Source: Eledone cirrhosa
Taxonomy: Eukaryota
DNA length: 64,000 bases
NCBI GenBank assembly: GCA_964016885.1
Contig: OZ024746.1
Span: 93,372,001-93,436,000, forward strand
Direction: 5' to 3'
The notes under the pieces are model-generated. The model did no database searches, was not told the origin of the DNA, and was given only the letters and a program-made list of their open reading frames with translations. Every line of letters begins with the position of its first letter. Position 1 is the stretch's first letter. Shown here in pieces: positions 52,624 to 64,000 of this stretch. Made by a program: the position numbers and the translations under genes.

Positions 52624-52684
52624 TATTTTATCTGATGAGAGCGTACCAAAGTTTTGGTACCCTTGAAATATATATAATAGAATA
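52624..52684 (+). ncRNA. Minimal type I hammerhead ribozyme
   Basis: UAUUUUAU CUGAUGA GAG-C-GUACCAAA-GU-UUUGGUAC-C-CUU GAAA UAUAUA UA AUAGAAUA. It lies in a ~380-bp element between (TA)n tracts. Confidence 0.85.
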
Positions 52685-52819
52685 AATATGGTTTTATAAA
52701 TATAGTTTCCATTTATTAATATCATTGATATTATACTCCAGAAAAACTTGTCGAGTGCTTTGAATCAGTTATAAACATTTATATTTGTTGAATTACCAAC
52801 AAATTAAATATCTCTTTTG

Positions 52820-52894
<75 letters not shown>

Positions 52895-52935
52895 ATTAAG
52901 TCAAATATGTAAAATTTGGCTTCGTTTATTATAAA

Positions 52936-53700
52936 CTAGCAGTGGTACTCGGCGTTGCACGGGATAAGGTATTGTGAAATATATAACCGCCTTAGCTAAG
53001 CTTAGTATTGCCACAATCACGGCTTAAAACGTGAGGAAGAAGTTGTGTGCACGTACCAACTGTTTGGGGAATAAGTGTGCGATTTGTCTTGAGCAAAGGT
53101 GGCAGAATAATCAGAGGCAGCAGACAGCCAGACATACAGACAGATATTATAAGGACGCGACGTTATATGTATGTATCTATCTAAAAAGAGAAAGACTAAG
53201 AATTATAGAGAGATATCGCTAAATCGCCTAATGCAGTCCCTAGGGCATTGAACATTTGAAATTCTTTTTGCTCAGAACACTCCCTGAAACATAAGTATTA
53301 CATGTCTAAAGTTTGAAAACAGTCGGTTGGGTGGTTCTCTAGTTTTAGGGATTCAAACTCACGCACACACAGACATCCTCAGTTTTATATATATAGACTA
53401 GCAGAAAACCACCCGTGGGCGGTTTTCTGCTAGTCTATATATCTAAAACAGAGAATGTCTGTCTATCTGTCAGCTCACTAAAACTTGAGAACCATCCAAC
53501 CGATTGTTTTCAAACTTTAGACATGTAATACTTATGGTTTGGTGAGTGTTCTGAGCAAAAATTATTTCAAATTTTCAATGCCCTAGGGACCGCATTAGGC
53601 GATTTAACGTTCTCTCTATATAATTCTTAGTCTTTCTTTTTAGATAGATACATAGATATAACGTTAATATCTGTTTGTATGTCTGGCTGTCTGCATTACG
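52936..53700. mobile_element. Two head-to-head non-autonomous Helitron copies around a CTAG-bounded palindrome
   Basis: The left copy (-) has TC at 53397 and the 3' end CCCGTGCAACGCCGAG..CTAG at 52936. The right copy (+) starts TC at 53434. Arms 53120-53397 and 53434-53695 are inverted homologues. Confidence 0.7.
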
Positions 53701-53948
53701 TCATTATGACGCGCTCAGCGCGATTCCCTCGGTCTCAGTGACCAAAGTCAGTGGAGAGGGGAAGGTAATGTTTCTGTAGCACGTGTTTTAGCGTCTATTC
53801 ACTCTCTCTCCCTCTCTCCCTCCCGCTATCCCCCTCTCGTAGTCTGTCTCTTTCTTTCACTCTCACTCTCTCTCCACGCACGTGTTTCCACTGTCGGACA
53901 GACAGACAGAGAAATTGCTGGTTATATATATAAGTAGATTATAGATAT

Positions 53949-54003
53949 ACTGCTATATATATTTCGGTGACAGCCATCATTGGCTGTGACCTCTTCAGGC
54001 AGT
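53949..54003 (-). ncRNA. Minimal type I hammerhead ribozyme
   Basis: Minus strand: ACUGC CUGAAGA GGU-C-ACAGCCA-AUGA-UGGCUGU-C-ACC GAAA UAUAUA UA GCAGU. Confidence 0.85.
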
Positions 54004-54484
54004 CCGAATTGGTGTGGAAAAGTCAGGTACACATGTTGTGTGTTTTACTCCGTCAATACATCGATATGTCCAGCTCCTGGTTGTGTTGTTATTCCTCTGA
54101 GGACAAATTCCTTCAAGAAATCTCGGATAAACCTCCTACACCCGGATATGTCTCCGTAAACATTAACTCCCTACTTGAGTGGGCCATGGTGTCCAAATCC
54201 TGATTTGAAAGACTTCGCCAGGTGGTGCTATTAAGTTAGACATGGCCTGGGCCAATACTGGCCGAAACCTATCAAAGTTATATATATTAGATAGTGAAAG
54301 TAGTGCCACCGTTGTATTTTTGATGAAGTAAATTAGCCTAATAAAACTCACAGAAATGGAAAAATGAATGAGCATTGACGTAGATGGGACACGGTCCCAT
54401 ATTTCTGGCTACTATGGTCATTTACCATTAATACGCCACTCTCACAAATTTCCATTAAGTTTGAAGCTATATTAAATACTACTT

Positions 54485-54845
54485 TGTATCTTTTGTTCAA
54501 TCTTTTCATCCCGCTTTCACCTTCACCACCCTCGTCTCCAATTCTCCCGTCCCTTTTCTTGATACCTCTCTATCGATCACATTCACCACACCCTCTCTAC
54601 TTCCATCTTCTATAAACCTACTGACTCCCACTCTTACCTCGACTTCACCTCCTCCCATCCAACCCACACCAAACGCTCCATACCTTACTCCAAAATTCCT
54701 CCGTCTTCGTCGGCTCTGTAGCCAGGACCACGATTTCGAAACCCATTCCCTTCACATGGCATCAGCTTCATCCAGCGTGGTTATCCCTCCATCTTGATCC
54801 AATCTGCTCTCACTCGCGCCTGTGAAACCGACCGCACCACAGCCC
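54485..54845 (+). mobile_element. PLE RT thumb-region fragment
   Basis: PFLDTSLSI...STSIFYKPTDSHSYLDFTSSHPTHTKRSIPYS..LRLRRLCS...RGYP. Confidence 0.8.
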
Positions 54846-55399
54846 CCTATAGAAAGAAACACATGCACCATATAATTTTCACTTTTCCTTTATCTCTATT
54901 GTTAGTTATTCATTTGTTTGTCAAAGTTCTTTCATCACACATTCTGTGACCTCCTCAATGATTACCTATTTTGTGCTTCCTCCTTTTCTCGTCTTAATCT
55001 TCTACTCCATCGTGTCTTTGTTTTGTGGTTCGGTTTTAGTGCTTCGTGTTTAGCGCATGTGTTGGCGCCTGTGTCGTTGTATGTGTGTATGTGTTTTTCT
55101 GTCGGTCATGTCTACGTGTGTTTTATGTGTATGGGGGTTTGTACCGTGTTCTGTTTTGCTGTCTGTGTCTTTTTTCTCTATTCTAATTTCAGTCGTTACT
55201 ATTCCACCCGTAGACATTTTTATCGAATATTTCTTTTAAAAATTGTAAATTTTGCTGTTAAGGAGCAAAACACTCTGTTGTAGGGATAGGAAGTTGTTGA
55301 CTGAAAGAAGGATTGAACCTTGTTACGTTTCATCTTGTTTCCTTTGTTACTATCGGATTGTGAAATGTCTGTTTTTTTTACATATCTAATTCTGTCGGT

Positions 55400-55760
55400 T
55401 AATTGCAGCTTCATTGGACAAGAGGCTGGAGAGATATAAGAACATGTTTTTAATAAAGTTGTTGAAAATATTTTGTTGGTAGTTTTAGAGTGCCTATGTA
55501 TGCAGTGTAGTAACTTACTTGATTTTCTGAAAGGAGAGAACTAGGAGTTGTTTAAGTTGAAATTCACATCGAGAAAGCTGACGATATTAGAATTAGACTC
55601 AACAATAAATTTTAAGTTATAGACTTTCCTTTTGTTGATGTTTTAAATGTGATTCGAAGGATTAGTTGGCCATCGTCTCTATAATGCCCGCCAATAATAG
55701 AGGGACATTTTTCTTTACGAAACAAGTATTTCATATTTTAGGATCATAACATCAATTTTT
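55400..55760 (-). mobile_element. Degraded PLE RT fragment (YRDDG type)
   Basis: Minus translation GHYRDDG ... VSFLDVNFNL ... SPFRK. Confidence 0.55.
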
Positions 55761-55999
55761 TGTAATAAAATGAAAAAAATTATTTATATCATAATATATT
55801 AGAAACTGTCTTTGCCTATGTCATAATTTTTCTGTAACTTTGTGGGTACCTCACCACATGTTTTCACAACACTTTTGTAACTCGTGTTTTTAATGTATGA
55901 ACGAACTCTAGTGGTAATGAATTAAGTTATCATGATTAATCACCCCACCCCCTCCGCCCTCCCCACACTGAATTCCAAACATTGTTCCTTTGTTAAAAA

Positions 56000-58130
56000 T
56001 TATTATCATTATTAAATTATTATCGCTCTGTCACGCAGCGCAGATAGATAATATATCGGGGTATTTAGACATCTGTCAAGTCACAACAAGGACCTCAGAC
56101 AGATAAAACTTTCCTCAAAATGTGCGCAGTACCTAGCAAAGCTGCCTTTTGTATGACACATAACCTGTATGGTATTCCCAGTAGCTTTAAGAATTTTTGA
56201 AGTTTTAATGGGATCGATCTAATGCCCCGATAACAACTGGTATCACTTTCACAAAATGGATTCAACAGCCCAGGCATTCATTACAATGATCAGATTTCTC
56301 GCATTCGAGTTGGATTTTAAAAACATTAGAAATACGAAATTTCTATACATATTTGTATAAAGCTATGCTTGAAGCGAAATCCTATTTCTATTTTTACTCT
56401 TTTTAAATATATCCCTCTAACCTTTTCTTTCATTTCTGCGTGCAAAATATCATCTAGTTCTAAGATCCCCAAATATTTATAGCCTCTATCTTCTGGTTCT
56501 CCCATGGTTTCTCCCGATGGCAGTCGTAATCCACTACAGGTTGTTTTCTTCCCTCTTTTCTATTTGAGTACAGAGCATTTGGAAATCCCATATGTGGAAT
56601 GTTTTAATCAAACAGTTTCAGGTGATCCATAAACAGAAAGTGGTTTATGAATGGCCCTTGCTTTCCACATTGGTAACCCATTTTTCTTTTTCTGGGTGTG
56701 AGTCTTATAGATATCAGTGCTTTAACACATAGTTACGGAGAGAATGAGTCCCCTTGGAAGATACCCTTTTTAATCTCTACTTCTCCCAGAAAGACGTTGC
56801 TTGAGTATAAGTTGGTTTTCCACTTTGTCATACTATTCAGCAGAAACTTTGTGATGTCAGAAATACCAAACATCTGCAGACATTCACCAATCCAAGAATG
56901 GGACACCATATCATCTGCCTTCTTGAAGTCAATCCAGGCCATAGACATGTTTGTATGATGTTTCTTACAACGCCTCAAAACTGTCTTATCAATAACCCTG
57001 GGACCTCTTCCTACACCCTTTTTGTTCCCTTGGTACTATTTCTTCCTGTGACAGAAAAGCAGATATCTTCCCCACAAATATCCCATTGAGAACCTTCCAT
57101 ATTAGGTATGCAATAGGGCGGGAGTTTGCCACTGCATTCCCCTTGCGTCTATCTTTTATCATAAGCATTGACCTCCCTGTAACTATCCAAGTGGGGATTG
57201 CACCTTTCTGGACACATTCAATTGCGTTGCCAGTCTTTCATGTATTAGACTGCATCTCTTCAACCAAAAGCTGTGGATCCCATCTGGCCCGGGGGCTTTC
57301 CAGTTTGGTGTCATGGCTACTTGATTCTTCACATCAGCTGTGCTTATGGTAATACCTCTTTGTATCCTCGCAATTCTGTCATGATGGTTTCTATCCACTT
57401 GGCATCCTCTCTATGCCTCATACTGTTTCCCCATATCCCATTACAGAACTTGGCTTTATCAGCATCAGGGATAGCGTCCTTCCCATTGTTTCCTTCCAAG
57501 GTGCAGAAGACTTGTTATGTATTATTTTGGAACAATCTATTCTCCTCGGACCGTATATTTCTATTGACATATCTCCTTATCATCGGGCTTTTCCAGAAAA
57601 TTCTGTTTTAGCTGTTCTATCACTGTATGGAATCCACTCTTCCATATTTTATATGTCACGTCTAGTGCTTCTTGATCAGGTTTTTCCCCATTTTTCCATT
57701 TTTCCCGAAATCATTGCTCAATGTTACTTAAATCCTGCCTTAATCACATTATGGTACTTTCACCATGGTTCTTTTGCCATACTCTGCTTAGTGTTCGTCA
57801 GTCACATTTGCTCCTTTACAAGCAGTGCAACAGCTCAGATAAGGTTCCTAGTTTGCGTTATGTTTTCTGTCTGGATGTGTTGTATGACAGCATTTATCTT
57901 TTTAGTAATTCCAATCATCATCTTCCTATCTACCCTTCTCATATCCATTGGGATTCTTTCTTCTGGGGCATTAATCAAATCCATAAACCGCTTACGTAAC
58001 TCAAGTGACTCATCTTCCGAGTAGCTTCCTCCACTTGCAAAACCACTCTCAATTTTCAGCCATACCAGATTTCAATGAATAACATTCCACTTCTGTAGAC
58101 CCAACACTCCCATCACCATCTCCCTGCTCC
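56000..58130 (-). mobile_element. R4/Dong-like element with degraded RT and internal deletion
   Basis: PNWKAPGPDGIHSFWLK, MSMAWIDFKKADDMVSHSWI, KKGIFQGDSFSP and QKAALLGTAHILRKVLSV*. A degenerate (TAA)n tail lies at ~56000-56022. Confidence 0.85.
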
Positions 58131-58726
58131 TATTGCCCATTTCTCTCTACTTTCAACCGTAGAGATGGCCTCGGCTTCTGCTCCCCTCCCCCTTGTTGTT
58201 CATCTGCAGGTTCCTTTAAGCCATCATTAATTCGGGATATTTCTACCTCCTTTAACATATAAACAACGCACCATAGACTTCAAAAAATACTTTCACTATA
58301 ACGACAAGATGTTGTTGTTGTTATTAAGAGAGAGTGAGAGAGTGAGAGGGAGAGGGAGAGAAAGAGAGAGAGAAAGAGAGATAGAGAGTGAGAGAGAGAG
58401 AGCGTGAAAGATAGACTCAATAGTGCTTTCTTTATTAACCACAAGGGTTTACACAAAGTAGACATTAAGGACAGACTCAATAATAGTAACAAACAATAGC
58501 TGTTTAAGCGGCAAAAATGCCGATACCGATTCATCGGCAAGAAAAAAAAATGATACCGGGTAAACTATAATGTCGAATGTCGAAACCGATTAATCGGGAA
58601 AAATGGCTGATATGGCTGATAACGATTATCTGCCGCCAAATCGATGCAGTCCTCGTAAAAACTATTATTAAATGACTACTTTTTCAATTAAGCTACATTT
58701 GTAAGCTTTTTAATGTATCTATATAG

Positions 58727-58827
<101 letters not shown>

Positions 58828-59526
58828 AACATATATACGTATATTCATACATATATCTATATCTATATCTATATCTATATATTTATATATATATATATGG
58901 AAGCGATCGTCTGATTAAATCGAATGAGTTAATAGAGGGGAAATTAGACACCCAAGCAAGGTCAATTAACAGCTGTGTAATTTGTTTAAAACCTACATAA
59001 ATAATCCTGAGAAAGTTGGGTTGTGTTGGGCGTCGCAGCTCCGTAGCTAAAATATTCGTAAAATACGGTCACTTTCGGTTTTTAGCTTAATGTGTATGTA
59101 TCTCCTTCTTTCTTTCTTTCTTTCTTTCTTTTTTACCCCCACCCCACACTCTCTCTCTCTCCCCCTCTATATCTTTCCCTCTCTCTCCCTCACTCTCTCG
59201 TTCTCTTTCTCTCCCACCCTCTCTCTGTGAGCGTGTGTGATTATTATGTAAAAAAAAAAAATCAGTCATAAATATATTTCACTCAAGAACTAAGCACATA
59301 CACACACACACGTGCATATATATACATATTTATATATACACACACACACACATATATACATACATATACACACATATACATATACATATACACACATATA
59401 ATATGTATATATATGTGTGTGTATAGGAGGTGTATGTGTCTGCTTAATTGAACGAAATCATTGAAAGCAGTTAGTTTGTGTGTATATATATATATATATA
59501 TACACACACATATATATGTATATATA

Positions 59527-59604
<78 letters not shown>

Positions 59605-60326
59605 CACACACACACACACACATATATATGTGTGTGTATGTATATATATATGTGTGTAGATATGGGTTTTTCTGTCACAAACACCATCTCGGCCTCGCAC
59701 CGATTATCTAATAACTGTGTGTGTGTATGTGTGTATGTGTGTATATATGTGTATGTGTGTGTATGTATGTATGTATGTGTGTGTATATGTGTGTGAGCGC
59801 GCGTGTGTGTATTGTGATGCATAGGTTCAACATATTTTTATGTATACGTGATTGATTGATTGTGAGTGTATGTGAGTGTATGTGAGTGTATGTGTGTATG
59901 TGTGTATGTGAGTGTATGTGAGTGTATGTGTGTATGTGTGTATGTGAGTGTATGTGTGTATGTGTGTATGTGAGTGTATGTGAGTGTATGTGTGTATGTG
60001 AGTGTATGTGTGTATGTGTGTATGTGTATAAGTGTGTATGTGTGTGACTGTATGAATGAATAAAAGTGTGAAGGACCGTGTGAGACCCAGATATGTCGTA
60101 ATCTGTTAATTATTGTAAGTTTGTGGCAATCCTGAACTAAGGTGTTCAGTCAACCGTAAATAGTAACTGTAATCGACATTCCACTTATTTCATTGCCACT
60201 CACCGACATCCAATAACATATTATAGCACGCCGCCACATTAAATCTATCTTGGTAGTCGATAAAATAAAGTACCAGTAATACACTGGATAATTGCTGGCC
60301 TTGTGCCAAAAGTAGAAACAATTATT

Positions 60327-60376
<50 letters not shown>

Positions 60377-61322
60377 ATTGGATCGTCAAGTATGAAATTT
60401 GTAGAAATTTGTAGAAAATAAAATAAATTTCTACAAATTTCATACTTGACGACGCAATATATAAAATTTGTTTTTCCTTCATTTTATATACAGAGCGAGT
60501 CATAAGTAACCGGGCAGACCGACATTTATATTCCATAAGATACTGACCGGTTACTTTTGACTTACTGAACATTTATTATATATTGTATCATCATTAAAGT
60601 TGTCGTCGGCGCCACCACCACCACCACCACCAGAACCACCACCACCACCATCACCACCACCACCACCACCACCACCACAACAACCACCACCAGAACCGCA
60701 TGTTGACCTTATCTTCTATTCGTGTTATAGCTACTGTCTCTCAGAGAGTGGGATTGGCTCAGTGCACAGTCTTCCCCCCTTAACAAAAGATCAGCAACGC
60801 ACAGGCATTGCACGTTAGAATTAATTAATAATTATTAATAATTGTTTCTACGTTAGGCACAAGGCCAGCAAATTACCCAGTGTATTACTGGTACTTTATT
60901 TTATTGACCCCGTAAGGATGAAAAGCAAAGTTAACCTCGGTGGAATTTGAACTCAGAATGGCAAGGGCCGTAACTCTATGCGTCAAAGCATGGCATCCGA
61001 CCCTCTACCGATACTGCCATTAATAATGGTATATCGTGCAATGACCATACTCGAGGGGGCAGGCATCATATATATATATATATATGTATGTACGTATATA
61101 TGTATATATGTATATTTGTATGCATATAAGTATATATGTATGCATATATGTATATATGTATGTATGCATATATGTATATATGTATATATGTATATATGTA
61201 TATATGTATGCATAAATATATATGTATGTATGCATATATGTATATATGTATGCATATATGTATATATGTATATATGTATGCATAAATATATATGTATGTA
61301 TGCATATATGTATATATTCTTT

Positions 61323-61933
61323 GTGTCAGGTCACCAGTTGGTGCTACTGGTAACATGTATCCCAGTACAAACTGTCTCATGGTCGGGTCGTTGGCGACTA
61401 AACTGGCAACCCCACCAAGGTTTCTTGGTGAGGAGGGTGACTTTGGACATCCTGCAGGACTAAAAACAAAACCTGTCAAAGAGCAAAGGAGCTCTTAAGA
61501 GTCAATGGCCATCCAAAATCACCGGGAGAGATGACCCCTTAGCCTTTGTCAAGGCAGAATTCTAGGAGAAGGAAAACTCTGATATAACACATGCAACCCT
61601 GGTGGTATTCAATGATGTTGACTTGTTCTTCTTTTTGGTAAATATCATCTTGGTTAAGAGAGTGGGACTGGCTTTGTGCAGTGCCGTTGTTCACTATAAA
61701 AGCTTCACGGCACAGGCATTGATTTATATCTGGAGATCTCTCTGCACTTGTCATCAACTGGTACCATGGGCCCAGCACTATGTGTCAGTAATTGTCACAA
61801 GTGTAGTGTTTGTACCAGAGTTTTCAAGTCGCTGGCTGGACTAAAAAGTCACACTCGTTCAGCGCATCGGTAGGGGTTCTCCTACATGGATATAAAGTAG
61901 TGGCCGTACTCGAAAACGAGTTGGCAGCCACCA
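61323..61933 (+). mobile_element. ~615-bp element, copy 3
   Basis: It is near-identical to 47183-47793 and embedded in a TATG/TATA-type satellite. Confidence 0.8.
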
Positions 61934-63087
61934 TATATGTATGCATATATGTATATATGTATATATGTATATATGTATGCATATATGTATATATGTATAT
62001 ATGTATGCATATAGATATATATAAGTATGTATGCATATATGTATATATGTATATTTGTATGTATGCGTGTATGTATATATGTAGCATATATGCATATATG
62101 TATATATGTAAGTATGCATATATGTATATATGTATGTATGTATGTATGTATATATGTATATATGTATATATGTATGCATATATGTATATATGTATATATG
62201 TATGCATATATGTATATATGTATATATGTATATATGTATGCATATATGTATATATGTATATATGTATGCATATATGTATATATGTATATATGTATATATG
62301 TATGCATATATGTATATATGTATATATGTATGCATATATGAATATATGTATATATGTATGTACGTATGTATGGTCGTCAAAGAAACTCCACAACACTTTC
62401 CCTCCCGACAAACTGTTATAGTGTCCGTCTATAAATACTAACTCTCTAGACGAGAGGACAAGGCGCCATCTTGCATATATTAACTTCCTCGAACAGATCA
62501 GCCATTTTCTTCGCTTTATTTAATTTAATCCTTTTTCCATATATTTAGTAAATTATTTACAGGGTGTGTTTCGCAGTTGGTTTGTTTGCTTACACACATA
62601 CACATATACACACATACACACATACACACATACACATACACACATACATACACATACACGCATACGCACATACATACACACGCACATACGCACATACACA
62701 CATACATACACATACACGCATACGCACATATACACACATACACACATATACACATACATACACATACACACACACACACACACGCATATACACATACATA
62801 CACATACACACATACACACACATATACACATACATACACACATACACACACATACATACTCATACACACACATACAGAGAGCGAGAGAGAGGTAGTGTGT
62901 GTGTGTGAGAGAGTGTGAGAGAGAGAGAGAGAGAGAGTGTGTGTATGTGTGAGTGTGTGTATGTGTGAGTATGTGTGTGAGAGAGAAAGAGAGAGAGAGT
63001 GTGTGTGTGTATGAGAGAATGAGAGAGAGAGAGAGTGTGTGTGAGTGAGAGAGTGAGAGAGAGAGAGTGTGTGTGAGAGAGTGAGTG

Positions 63088-63134
<47 letters not shown>

Positions 63135-64000
63135 ATACAGGAATGTGTATGTTGTCCGGACAACGGCCTTCTTTCTCGTGAAATTAAGAGGCAAGTGGCT
63201 GAGCATTCTACAAACACTGAGTTCTCTGAAGGTAGTCCCCAGGGAAATTCAGCTGTATGGACCATAGGTCATAAAGTACCTGACACAAGGACAAGGTGCA
63301 ATACCGGGAATCGAACTCACGAAATTACGAAACGGCTTGAGCTCAGCCGTCGGGGTCCTACTCGTTCCTATTACCCACTCTACTACCCTAAGTATTGAGT
63401 ACTTTGATGCGTTATGGTCCACCTGGTTCCTTACCACATTTCCTTCGTTATATATATATATATATCATAGAGCATGTATATATATATAAAACTGATGTTG
63501 TCTGTGTGTGTGTGTCCTCATTTTTGCAAAGTCTATACAAATCCACATTTCGACTCCGATTGACTTCAAACTTGCATTTATAGATTCCTTGCGGTCTAAA
63601 GATATTAACTGCAGCTTTTATTTTTCAATTTTCTGCTGTTAAAGGGGTGTTAGGCGCCGGTTATTCATCTCTGTCGCGCTCTTATAACATCTGTCTGTAT
63701 GCCTGCCTGTCTGCATTACGACATTCTGACAAACATTGATGACGTATTATGTTCACTATTTTCCGTTCATTGCCAGGAAACGTCTTCCCGAACCAAAGTA
63801 TCGTCTTCCTGTTTTCCTTCGGTTGCAACGTTTTTCGAAATATCTACTTTTGCATTCACAGATTGATGTTTTAAGTTTCAGAAGATCCTGTTAAGGGTGA
63901 AAGCAACGATTCTTTGCTTAAACTTTAATCTGTTATTTTAATCTATATATGTATATATATATAAAACTGAGGAAGGATGTATGTATGTATGTATGTATGT

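Overview
AT-rich eukaryotic genomic DNA saturated with (TA)n, (CA)n, (CATA)n, (GAA)n and (ACC)n microsatellites and decayed transposable elements. The repeat make-up suggests a cephalopod (octopus-like) intergenic or intronic region; this is an inference. No host protein-coding exon, rRNA, tRNA gene or CRISPR array can be supported. Recognisable elements are R4/Dong-like and CRE-like non-LTR retrotransposon fragments, Penelope-like elements (PLEs), RTE 3' fragments, two SINE types, a Tc1/mariner transposase, a Chapaev-like transposase, non-autonomous Helitrons, several MITEs and minisatellites. Five observations stand out. (1) About 10 minimal hammerhead-ribozyme motifs, several with stem II covariation, lie in short (TA)n-embedded elements. 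(2) About 10 fold-back inverted duplications occur in the same setting. (3) A candidate programmed -1 frameshift (U_UUU_UUA plus a hairpin) joins an upstream ORF to the RT ORF of a PLE. (4) A ~615-bp non-coding RTE-related element with a highly structured 5' end is present in 3 near-identical copies. (5) A Dong-like family sits at (CATA)n junctions, and a palindrome is centred on a Helitron CTAG|TC junction.
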